Assembly (NCBI RefSeq): GCF_964213995.1
Contig: NC_135812.1
Span: 79,608,001 to 79,672,000 of the forward strand
Reading direction: 5' to 3'
DNA length: 64,000 bases
Source: Mustelus asterias
Taxonomy: Eukaryota
Positions within the stretch are counted from its first letter, which is position 1, and every line of letters begins with the position of its first letter. Positions 38,730 to 50,180 of this stretch are shown one piece after another. Both the position numbers and the translations under genes were made by a program. Under the pieces are notes generated by a model, which did not search any database, was not told the origin of the DNA, and was given only the letters and a program-made list of their open reading frames with translations.

Positions 38730-39027
38730 GGGCAGCATGGTGGCATTGTGGCTAGGCCTGCTGCCTCACAGCGCCAGAGACTCAGGTTCAATTCCAGCCC
38801 CGGGTGACTGTCTGTGTGGAGCTTGCACATTTCTCCGCATGTCTGCATGGGTTTCCTCCCACAGTCCAAAAATGTGCAGGTTAGGTGGATTGACCATGGG
38901 AAATTAGTGTCAAGGGTATTAGCAAGGTAAATAAGTGATATTGCGGGGATAGGCCTGGGTGGGATTGTTGTCAGTGCAGTCTCGATGGGCCGAATGGCCT
39001 CCTTCTGCACTATAAAAATTCTATGAT
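38730..39027 (+). mobile_element. HE1-type SINE
   Basis: Head, body with deletions, tail. Confidence 0.85.
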
Positions 39028-40419
39028 ACCGCAGGACTTGTCACCAGAAAGAGCACCAGTGTGATTTGATTTTTCTCCCATTGTATAGGAAAGCACTTTT
39101 TATTCACTCCCTCTCTCTGATAGACAACTCGGCTAAGCTCAGACCTACCTTTAGAATGGCAAACCTGCATCCTCCTGATCTTCAGTAGACCAAACTAGTA
39201 CATCAGTGTACTGTGTCTCTCCTGATACCTTCACACTACACACAGTGAACCAAGAGCAAATCAACCACAAACGTGCTGTGGGTTTGGAAACTGTTTATGC
39301 TGCTGTAATCTCCGATTTGAGGAGAAAACTCTCTTTGTTTTACCTGGTAATTAGTCAAGGGGGTGGGCAATCACCGTGGAAAGTCTCTGTTCCTACATAA
39401 GTAACAATTGGTTATGTGCGTAGATACAAAATTTGCCCTTTCCATGTCTGTTATGTTTCTGACTGAGAGGCAATCGAAGCGGCTAATAAAAAACAAAAAT
39501 TCGAGTGTTCTGTGGCAATGTTTTCTGGCCGAGGAGATAGTCAAGCTTTAGAGTCAATCATGAACTCTCATTAGCTCTGACCTAGTTGCGGTTTCCTTTT
39601 TCCGTGCAATGTTATTAAGGTGACCTTTTTAACTGGCATCAGTATTGCCATCAGACATCACAGTGTTCTAATTCTAAATACTTTTCGAACATATTTGCAA
39701 TGATATCTTTTCCTATTGTAGTCCATTTAATGTACTAACACATTTCAAGTGCTTCGCAAAGGTAAAATAAATTAAACTAATGATTTCCTTTTATAATGTC
39801 TTTGACAAGGTTGTTCCACAGGGGGTTATGTAATTTTCCATAGAACTGCGAGTCAGTACAGAGGGTGAAGTTATTTTTCATCTAAACATAAAGCAAGGTG
39901 GATTACATAAGATTATCAGTTTAGTTTATCATCACCATCTGGTGACTAAAAGCAATTTAATTTAACTTTGACTCACTCTGACCAATCTGCATTTGGTTCC
40001 AATTTGTTAGTTTGGGAAAGAGGTCACAGAGTTTTGCTTTTGCATCCAACATGAAGGTTATTCTGCATTATTTACAATTCTTAACCAATTTTATTTTGCT
40101 TTTGACACAACAACTCCTTCGGCAAAACAAAAGGATTCATGCCTGCTTAATTATCTTGTTGGAGTTGCTGATGAGCTAAAGGGCGGAATATGCACAAAGA
40201 ACAGAATGGTTAGCATTCCAAATTTCCAACAGGAGAGTTAATGCCTGACCAAAATCTCCCAAAGCAACCTGCCCAAAACTAATAGCTCACCATGTACCAG
40301 ATCCATATTCTGCACTCCCGAAATGTTACCTGTTGATGTGCTACAGAGTGACACAACGTGACCACATACTTCTTTCATCTACTGCAATTCAAATTTGTGC
40401 AGCATTCCTGTTCATAGAA

Positions 40420-41140
40420 TCAAAGAACAAGAACAAAGAACAGAACAGCTCAGGAACAGATCCTTCGGCCCTCCAAGTCTGCACCGATCATGTTTATCTA
40501 TGCAAAGCAACCGCTTATATCCCTCTATTCCCTGTTTGTTCATATGCCTATCAAAATAAGTCTTAATTGTGGCTAACGTAACTGCCTCAACCACCTCACT
40601 TGGCAGTGCATTCCAGGCTCTCACCACCCTCTGTGTAAAAAACTTCCCCCGCACATCTCCAGTGAACCTTTTCCCCCTTATCTTGAACTTGTGGCCCCTT
40701 GTAATTGTCATTTCTGCCCTGGGAAAAAGCTTTCAACTGTTCACCCTGTCTATACCTCTCATCATTTTATAAGCTTCTATCAGGTCGCCCCTCAGCCTCC
40801 ATCTTTCCAGGGAGAACAATCCCAGTTTATTCAATCCCCATAGTGCAGAAGGAGGCCACTCGGCCCATCGAGTCTGCACTGGCCACAGTCCCACCCAGGC
40901 CCTACTCCCGGAACCCCACATATTTAACTTGCTAATCCCCCTGTCACTAGGGTCAATTTAGTATGGCCAATCAACCCAACTCGCACATCTTTGGAGTGTG
41001 AGAGGAAACCAGAGCACCTGGAGGAAACCACACAGATAAGGGGAGAATGTACAAACTCCACACAGACAGTGACCGGAATTGAACATGGGTCCCTGGTGCT
41101 GTGAGGCAGCAGTGCTAACGACTGTGCCACTGTGCTGCCA
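40420..41140 (-). mobile_element. CR1 3' fragment (40420-40832) abutting an HE1 SINE (40835-41140)
   Basis: LGLFSLERWRLRGDLIE and [14 protein letters not shown]; SINE head near 41140. Confidence 0.85.
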
Positions 41141-41254
41141 CCTCCCCCACTGTTGATGAAATAAATTACAAGGAAGAACCTATCCTCATTTAAACTCAAC
41201 TACATCTGTACCAAGCTGTGAATTCTGAGCTGCCGTTACTTCTTTCACTTGACA

Positions 41255-41760
41255 GCGACCAAAAAGACATGTGTCCTAGGCCCAACCATCTTCAGCTGCT
41301 TCCCTCTGTCATAAGGTCAGAAGTGGGGTGTTTGCCGATGATTGCACAATGTTCAGCACCATTCGTGACTCCTCAGATACTGAAGCAGTCCATGTTCAAA
41401 TGCAACAAGTCTGGACAACATCCAGGCTTGGGGTGACAAGTAACATTCACGCCACACAAATGCCAGGCAATGACCATCACCAAAAAGAGACACTCTAACC
41501 ACCACCCCTTGACATTCAATGGTGTAACCATCACTGAATCCCCCACTGTCAACATCCTTGGGGTTACCATTGACCAGAAACCCAACTGGACTCATCACAT
41601 AAACACAGTGGCTACAAGAGCAGGTCAGAGGCTAGGAATACTGTGGCGAGTAACTCACCATTTGACTCCCCAAAGCCTGTCAATCATCTACAAGGCACAA
41701 GTCAGAAGTGTGATGGGATACTCCTCACTTGCCTGGATGGGTGCAGCTCCAACAACACTC
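41255..41760 (+). mobile_element. CR1/L2-type RT fragment
   Basis: LGVTIDQKPNW...IYKAQVRSVMGY. Confidence 0.8.
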
Positions 41761-42029
41761 GCCCCAAAACTGGAAAATCCCGCCTGAGGTCAATGGACCT
41801 TTCCTGCTCCGATTCCTGTGGTGAGCGGTAGAGAAAAATTTGCCCCACAATCTCAAACATACTCTTGCTCACACACACGCACTGACTCTTACTCACACAC
41901 AGGGTGGGATTTTCCGGCTGTGCTCACACTGAAACCGGAAAATCCCGCCCGACGTCAATGGACCTTTGCGTGATCCGCCTCTCACCCACTATGATTCCCA
42001 TGGCGGGCGGAATGGGAAAATTCACCCCG

Positions 42030-42472
42030 TAATCTCACACACTCTCACCCAGACATACACACTCACTCACAGACACACTTGCTCTCACACACACGCTCAT
42101 TCACACACATTCTCATTCACACACACACGTTCGCGCACACACACACACACTCATACACACACAAACTCCTCACTCATACACAATCTCACACACACATGCA
42201 CACAATCACACACACATTCACTCATACACACACTCCCTCACTCACACACACATACTCCCTCGCTCAGGCTCCCTCGCTTACACACATACATACACACCCT
42301 TGCTCTTACATACCCACTCCCTCGCTCACACTTTCTCACCCACACATACACACACACCCTCGCTCACACACTGTGTCTTGCTCCCATGCATACTCTCTCA
42401 TTCACACTCACAGACACACAGACACACTTTCACTCACACACACACACACACATGCACACACTTACTCACTCT
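42030..42472. repeat. CA-rich imperfect microsatellite
   Basis: Directly visible; the source of the His/Thr-rich ORFs. Confidence 0.95.
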
Positions 42473-42831
42473 TCTGTTGGTTCAACCTCTGATAGTTGTT
42501 GACAGGGGCAAAGGGTTTAAAGATGACATTTTTAGGAAGGTGTGACTGGGGACGATCTGAAGGGAGCACAAAAGTGGCCAGTGCAAATTGAGCTCTTAAC
42601 AATGTCAGGGAGGACTGCGGCAAAGACAGGTGTCAGTAAATGATGAATTTGGTGTGGGGATATCAAATGAACACCCACACAGTGATGGGAGGTCAAAATT
42701 CGGATGAGTGAAAGGTTGAGTTGGATGAATACTTTGTTGCTATTGTAGGAAATGTCCAAATAAATCTTAAGTTATTAATGGGACTGGTGTAAATGTTTAC
42801 AGAGATTGTAGGTTGTTTGCTGCATAAATGA

Positions 42832-43376
42832 CATAGAACATAGAACATAGAAAAACTACAGCACAAACAGGCCCTTCGGCCCACAAGTTGTGCCGAACAC
42901 ATCCCTACCTTCTAGACCTACCTATAACCCTCCATCCTATTAAGCTCCATGTACTCATCCAGGAGTCTCTTAAAAGACCCTATTGAGTTCGCCTCCACCA
43001 CCACTGACGGCAGCCGATTCCACTCGCCCACCACCCTCTGTGTGAAAAACTTACCTTTAACATCTCCCCTGTACCTACCCCCCAGCACCTTAAACCTGTG
43101 TCCTCTCGTAGCAGACATTTCCACCCTGGGAAAAAGCCTCTGAGAGTCCACCCGATCTATGCCTCTCAACATCTTATACACCTCTATTAGGTCTCCTCTC
43201 ATCCTTCGTCTCTCCAAGGAGAAAAGACCGAGCTCCCTCAGCCTATCCTCATAAGGCATGCCACTCAATCCAGGCAACATCCTTGTAAATCTCCTCTGCA
43301 CCCTTTCAATCTTTTCCACATCCTTCCTATAGTAAGGCGACCAGAACTGAGCACAGTACTCCAAGTGGGGTCTGAC
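42832..43376 (-). mobile_element. CR1 LINE 3' fragment (young)
   Basis: Open frame; closely similar to 61225-61755; (TTCTATG)n tail. Confidence 0.95.
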
Positions 43377-44530
43377 AATGAGAAAGATAAATTTGGGGTC
43401 CTTCATTTTAAGGAGACCAAACATCCAAAGCAGAAATGACTGCGACTAAATTATGTACATTTCATTTTCTGAGAATTGTCCTTTCAGAAATTGTGTTTAA
43501 AAACTGTAGGTATTTCTGTAAAGTTGTTGAAACATTTGATTTCAAGGAATTTGCCATGTCAGACGGTGGGTAAACTTTTCCTCACTTTTTTCTGGTCATC
43601 ATCATTAGTCACCATTAACTCCAGCTGAGAGATTTTGTCCTAATTAACGGTTACTGTTAAATCTAATAATGCACAAAGACACTGACAGGAAAATCAAGGT
43701 CAGTGCTTTTGATATATTTGAGGTTAATCATTATTTTTGTGTTTGTAGATTTGATTTCTATCTGCAGATGGCTGTTGTACTATATCTTAAAAATGCATCG
43801 TTCTTTGTCTAGGTACACCTTATATTGCTTTCTGAAGCAGAAGTTTCTCCCTCATAAAGATGATGCATATTAAGCAATAGACCTTTTAGATATGTAACCA
43901 TTTCTAAATGTAATCTGCAATATTAAGAACGCCAAAGAAAAATAACTTCCCTTATTAAAATATACAATTTAATAGATCTGTTGTTGCTAAACAACAATGT
44001 CCCTTGACTAGTTTAATTATATCTGATAAACTCATGCTGCAAGTCCCAATGCTATTAGCAAGTTTGGAGCCTGCACAATACCAGGCAAAGGGTTTATTCC
44101 AACGCCGGGCATCTCCACATCATTTATTCACTTCCCCATGGGTGAGTTTCTGTTTCCTTCACAAACAAAGCTGCTGGTTAATATGTCTGAATATTCTTGT
44201 CCCACGTTTTCCAACAGAATTCTGACATTTCTGCCCATGTTTTCACTAAGTTGGTTTGATTTGCTTTCAATATATTTTTATTGCACTCCAAGCTGTGCAG
44301 CCAGACAGCAATCCGAAGGTCCCTGTTTGGACCATGAACAAGTTGGCCTCTTTATGTTACCACATGTACAGTTGTGCAAAAGGAGTTAAAGAATAGTTAT
44401 GGACTCCAAGCAAGCTTACAAAACATACATTATTGCTTGGGTGGTCTGCTTTGAGGCTGAAAGATGAGGGAGTGCAGTGCAGGAGAGGGCAGGTGATAGA
44501 TAAGTTACTGTGGGGAAGGTCATACACAGA

Positions 44531-46200
44531 GGGTGGGATTTTATGCCTTTTCCCGCCAGCAAAGACCCTCTGGTGGCAGGACAGGCAAGCGGGATTAGCA
44601 GACATGGGGGACGGAAGGGGGATGGGGGGAATGGGGGGGTGGGGTGGAACAACACCCCACCCAGAGTCATTTCCTTCACTTGACATTCACTAAATGACAG
44701 CGTGTGGTGTCACAGCCTCATCAATGGGGTTACTGGTGAGCTATATCACCTACAACAACCACAATGTGAGACTTGCAGTGGGGCATCTGTAGCATTGACT
44801 GTAACATTTAAGGTCACAGTGGAGTTTAACTTCATGCGGTCGACATCTTCCAGGCTGCAGGAGGGTGAGGTCAGCTACTTGTCTAGTTTGCTGCATATCA
44901 CTGCATCTGGGAGGTCTCCAAGGTTCTTTATGCTGGGAGTGCCCCTGTATCACTTTCCTAATGGACAGATTGAGGTAAGGTATTGGAGCAGTACCTCTCC
45001 AACTCCATACGCTGAACCATTGCTTGCTTCACCATCAGCATGCTGCAATTTTGCTGAATAAAGAGGAATCCTGCTCTACTCAATGCTCGGATGGTTTGCA
45101 GCCTAAAGGGCTGCATCTCTCCAGGTCTGTGCCAGGTTTCTCACCAGGAGGCATGGTTTATTCTTCCTGAGTCAATCCTCCGTGCAGCCTCTATTCCAAT
45201 CAGGCAGTGGAATTGCAGGTTGACTACTTGGTGTGAATCCCTCTGAGCAATGTTCGAGGCCCACGTCAGGAACCCTGACACAACCCCCACCAGAAACATC
45301 AATGAACAGACTGTCGCCGATGCTTTTGCTGCCTCTAAAATGGAGCAGCTTGCTCTGCACAGCCCTGACAGTGTCTTTAGATATTTAGTTGCATGCTGCA
45401 TCCCTTAACATGATCACGGCTGAAAGACGTGGAAGAGAGTGAGAAGGGGAGAAGCAGCAGCACAGAAAGGGAGGAGGAAGAGCATTAGCAGCAAATCGCC
45501 AGACAGCCAAGAGCTGTTTATATGAACCATGTTCCTCATCCCCCAGGGTCCTTATCTCCATCACCTTTTCTCCCTCCTACTCACCACCCCCCCTTCTCCA
45601 ACCACCCACACTCGGTCCCTGCCCCCACTCTGGCCCCGCACCCAAACCGAGTCCCCACCCGCCCTCACCACCCCGATCTCCCCCTCCCCCCCCCGGCTCT
45701 CCCTCACCCACACCACCCCATCTCCCAACCCCCACCCACATCACCCCATCTCCCACCCGCCACCCACACCACCCCATCTCCCACCCCCCGTCCACCCCGC
45801 CCTGCTACCCCGCCGAGAAAACCCCTTTCTCCTGCTGGCAGTTGGAGCAGGGCTTCAAAAGCTGCATCAATGGGTCTTAATGACCTCTCCGTAGTCCTTC
45901 CAGCCATTTTATCCCTTTCCGAATGTTTCCTTGCTATCGGAGGCAAAGTGGATTTGCTCTTAACAAGGTGTCGGCTGAGTTTGAGTTGTGGTGGTGAGGC
46001 CTGAGTGCCTGGGGCATACAGAAAATGCAGCATAGCTCTGTCTGCACATCCTCCCTCCAGCGCCGCTTTCTGTTTGGCCCATGTGGAGCACACACCCTGC
46101 CCCCACCCCCATACAACACCTTTACAGGCACAGCCACATTTCCATTATCACCAGATAAATGAATGTTCAAAGCAATTTGCCCAACAACATTTTCATTTTT
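44531..46200. mobile_element. Degraded Harbinger remnant
   Basis: Terminus GGGTGGGATTTT; + strand ALTVTFKVTVEFNF (transposase-like); - strand MAGR...DAAFEALL (Myb/SANT-like start). Confidence 0.55.
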
Positions 46201-46359
46201 AAATCCTTAATTTGTCACAAACTATTATTTTGACAAGCACCCAATTTTCTGATCAATTTAAAAAAAACAATGTCAGTTAATACCCATTCACCCCAACCTC
46301 AATGTTTGAGTGAAAAGAGAACAGCAATTTCAATGTATATTATTATTCTCTCTTACACA

Positions 46360-46665
46360 TGGGTGGCACAGTGGTTAGCACTGCTGTCTCACAGCGCCAG
46401 AGACCCGGGTTTGATTCCAGGCTTGGGTCACTGTCTGTGTGGAGTTTGTACGTTCTCCCCGTGTCTGTGTTTCCAGGTGTTCCAGGTGAGGGAGGGTGTT
46501 CCAGTTTCCTCCCAGTCCAAAAGACCTGCTGGTTAGGTGCATCGGCCATGCTAAATTCTCCCTCAGTGTACCCGAACAGGCACCAGAGTGTGGCGACCAG
46601 GGGATTTTCACAGTAACTTCATTACAGTGCTAATGTAAGCCTACTTGTGACACTTAATAAATAAA
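46360..46665 (+). mobile_element. HE1-headed SINE, alternative tail
   Basis: As for 18443-18748. Confidence 0.9.
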
Positions 46666-46991
46666 CTTTTAAAAAAACATCTGGAAGCAAAATTGCTACA
46701 GAATTTTTGCCAGTCCTTTACAGGAATTGGTCAGTGAAGGATTTCATCATTTAACATCATTTTACCGGTTAAAAAGGGTGACAATTGCTTTGGATGAAAA
46801 GTACAAATCATGACATTTGCAGTTACATGTAACAATTGAAAACGTATGTTTTAACACTTAGTAATGCTGTTTTATCCTGCAAGAGAAAATATGTTGTAGG
46901 TTAGCCTGTTCTTTCACACCAGAAATCTACTTCTCATCAACTCCACCCTTGCAGAAGCTAAGGTAATCTGTGTCTAATGCAACTGGGTAAA

Positions 46992-47620
46992 ATCGCTTCT
47001 CGGCCTTTTGGCTAAGATCAAGTGTAGTATCGACATGCTGTACTTGGTTGAAGTCATTAGGTTACATTTTAGCTTCATTTGAAGCTATTTTTAAGAGTGG
47101 CATCTCGGCCTTTTGGCTAAGATGCAAATGAGATCAAGCCTTGGAGGAGGTGCAATGCCTACTCCAATCAGCTAGGATCATGTGGTTCCCAAACCTTTTT
47201 CACTGGGCCGCACTTTCGGAATAAAAATTTGCTCGCGCCACACTGAATTTTTTATTGATAAGAAATACATTCAAAAACAAAAATAAACAACTAGCAGTGC
47301 TTGATTCATAACATAGAACACAACTACTTTATAATATGATCATGGGACATCGTCCTCAGCATCACTTGATGCTCTTGCTCTCACTTTGGAAAAATATCTA
47401 TCCATGTTTCAATGTTTCTTTGATTGTCCTTGAATCTTCCCACCACACTTGCCATCCCCCTCACCGCACCAGTGTGGCACGCCGCACCCTTTGGGAACCA
47501 CTGATGTAGATCAAGCCCAAGACAGGAGGTGCGAGCCCTGTCTTGTCAGCTTGGATCGGGAATGTCTCACTTGTTGAGACTCTGAATTGGACTTGATTTG
47601 ATTGAATTGGATTTTTTAAA
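46992..47620 (+). mobile_element. U2 snRNA-headed SINE-like element, copy 3 (full length, interrupted by a hAT MITE)
   Basis: 46992-47031 equals U2 nt 1-40; 47103-47123 equals U2 nt 7-27; TSD AACTGGGTA at 46981-46989 and 47621-47629. Confidence 0.92.
47182..47503. mobile_element. hAT (Charlie-type) MITE
   Basis: GTGGTTCCCAAA...TTTGGGAACCACTG TIRs; right flank ATGTAGAT; left junction partly deleted. Confidence 0.85.
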
Positions 47621-47916
47621 AACTGGGTATATTCAATAGTAAAATTCCACCTACTTAAAACGAAGGAATTGAACTCCCAGGGCAAGACTGATATTGGCTG
47701 GAAATGAGAGTGTTATTTATAAATGTATGTAAATAAATATTTGCACAGTTATGATTTAGGCAGGATCATCAGAATAGACAATTTTGTTAATATGTACATA
47801 GGCTGGAATTAGAGTCATTGGGAGGAATGTAGCAGGCGAGGGTTGGACCATGGAAAGGTCCTTTGACCTCGGGTGGGAATTTCTGGTTTTGGGGCGAGCG
47901 TGGCCCATTGAGTCAT

Positions 47917-48158
47917 TGATGCGCTATCAATTAGGCAAAAGACTACTTGTGTGCCAATACAACTGTAGGCTTTTATTCATAACAGAATCAGGAGCACATC
48001 CCAACAGGTAACGACCCGAACTGAACAAGGGGGAGGAGACAGTTACCTTTATACTAGGTGACAAGGGGAGGAGCTGAGCCGGCAGAGGATGTGTCCAGGC
48101 ATAACAAACACACAACGGTGGTCCAAGTAGGACAAAAGCACAACTGAAGTCCACCACA
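47917..48158 (-). mobile_element. Solo LTR with termini like 37214-37544
   Basis: TGATGCG...CACCACA with 5-bp TSD GTCAT. Confidence 0.9.
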
Positions 48159-48159
48159 G

Positions 48160-48792
48160 TCATAGAGCCCAGAAAAGGCCCTTCAGCCCGTCGAGTCTGC
48201 ACCAACAGAATTACACTAAATCTACACTAATCCCATTTTTCAGCTCCTGGCCCATAGCCTTGAATGTTATCACATTTCAAGTGCTCATCCATGTACGTTT
48301 TAAAGATTGTGAGGTTTTCTGCCTCCACTATCCTCCCTGGCAGTGCATTCCAGACCGAGGAGGTGGTCAGGTGTAGATGAGTGTGAATGTTTTTTCCTCA
48401 AATTCCCTCTAAACCTCCTTGCCTTAAAATTATGCCCCTTCATTATTGACTGTTCAACTAAGAGGAATAGCTGCTTCCTATCCATCTTGTCCATACTGTA
48501 ATACACATATACACCTCAATCAAGTGCCCCTTCAGCCTTCTCTGCTCTAAAGAAAACTACCCAAGCCTGTCCAGCCTCTCTTCATAGCTGAAATGCTCCA
48601 TCACGGGCAAATTCCTGGTGAATCTCCGTTGCACCTTCTTCAGTGAAATCACGTCCTTCCCAACCAGAACTGCACATAATACTCCAGCTGTGGCCTAACC
48701 AAAGTTGTGTAGAGCTCAAACATAATCTCTCTGCTACTATAGTCTATGCCACGACTGATAAAGGCAGGTGTCTCATATGCCTTCTTAACTAC
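48160..48792 (-). mobile_element. CR1 LINE 3' fragment
   Basis: LVRPQLEYYVQFW motif. Confidence 0.85.
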
Positions 48793-48796
48793 TTGC

Positions 48797-49285
48797 GGGT
48801 GGCACGGTGGCACAATGGCTAGCACCGCTGCCTTACAGTGCAAGGGACCCGGGTTCAATCCTAGCATCGGGCTACGGTCTGTGTGGAGTTTGCACATTCT
48901 CCCCGTGTCTGCGTGGGTTTCCTCCGGGTGCTTCAGTTTCCTCCCACAGTCTGAAGATGTGCGGGTTAGGTTAATTGGCCATGCTAAAATTGCCCCTCAG
49001 TGTCCTGAGAAGCATAGGTTAGAGGGATTAGCGGGTAAATGTGTAGGGATATGGGGGTAGGGCCTGGGTGGGATTGTGGTCGGTGCAGACTCGATGGGCC
49101 AGATGGCCTCTTTCTGCACTGTAGGGTTTCTATGATTCTATGATTAAATTTCCCCTTCGTGTTCTGGGATGTTAGAGGGATAAGCAGGGTAAATATGTGT
49201 GGGGTTACGGGGATAGGGACTGGGTGGGATTGTTATTGGTGCAGACTAGATGGGCCGAATGGCTTCCTTCTGCACTATAGGGTTT
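48797..49285 (+). mobile_element. HE1-type SINE with a duplicated 3' half
   Basis: Tail segment occurs twice. Confidence 0.85.
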
Positions 49286-49449
49286 CAGGTCTTAGGAATG
49301 CTTCTGGGTTCTAATGCAGGCAGCGGGAAGCACTAATGCAGGTGGTGGATATACTGGAAATTCTTTGTGACAAGTGGCAGTGCTGCAGCCTCAGGACTTG
49401 TCAAGCAGCAGTGTCTGTGGTCATAACTGCATTTGTTCCGGGGGCTGTG

Positions 49450-50095
49450 CTGCTGGGGGGCAGTGGGGGGGAATGGGGAATGTGTGTTGCTGGGGGTGTG
49501 TGGGGGGGTATGAGGAGTGTGTGTTGCGGGGGGGGGGCAGTGAGGGGGAATGGGGAGTGTGTGTTGCTGGGGGTGAATGGGGAGTGTGTGTTGCTGGGGG
49601 TGAATGGGGAGTGTGTGTTGCTGGGGGGCAGTAGGGGGAATGGGGAGTGTGTGTTACTGGGGGTCAGTGGGGTGAATGGGGAGTGTGTGTTGCTGGGGGT
49701 GAATGGGGAGTGTGTGTTGCTGGGGGACGGTAGGGGGAATGTGGAGTGTGTGTTACTGGGGGTCAGTGGGGGGGAATGGGGAGTGTGTGTTGCTGGGGGG
49801 CAGTAGGGGGAATGGGGAGTGTGTGTTGCTGGGGGAGCATTAGGGGTGGAATGGGGAGTGTGTGTTATTGGGGGGGCAGTGGGGGGGAATGGGGAGTGTG
49901 CGTTGCTGGGGGGCAGTGGGAGGAATGAGGTGTGTGCGTTGCTGGGGGGCAGTGGGGGGGAATGGGGAGTGTGTGTTATTGGGGGGGGCAGTGGGGGGGG
50001 AATGAGGAGTGTGCGTTGCTGGGGGGCAGTGGGGGAAATGGGGGGCTGTGTTGCTGGAGGGCAGTGGGGGGAGAATGGGGAATGTGTTGCTGAGC
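49450..50095. repeat. G-rich minisatellite (core GAATGGGGAGTGTGTGTTGCTGGGGG, 27 to ~38 bp units)
   Basis: Tandem units directly visible. Confidence 0.95.
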
Positions 50096-50180
50096 TGGGG
50101 GCGAGCAGAGATCTTTAATCTCTCCATCTGTTTCTCCCCTTCTCCAAATCCCTGCCCCCTCCCCCCTTCAGATTGATAAG

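Noticed and set aside
41966-42545. His/Thr-rich ORFs (also 17259-17769) and Gly/Pro-rich ORFs near 45522, 49336 and 63158
   Set aside because: Translations of microsatellite, minisatellite or GC-rich TE sequence.
46992-47031. Functional U2 snRNA gene
   Set aside because: The match stops at nt 40; stems II-IV and a proper Sm site are missing, and the unit has a TSD and a tail.
49450-50095. CRISPR-like repeat array
   Set aside because: Eukaryotic context, no unique spacers and no cas genes; it is a minisatellite.
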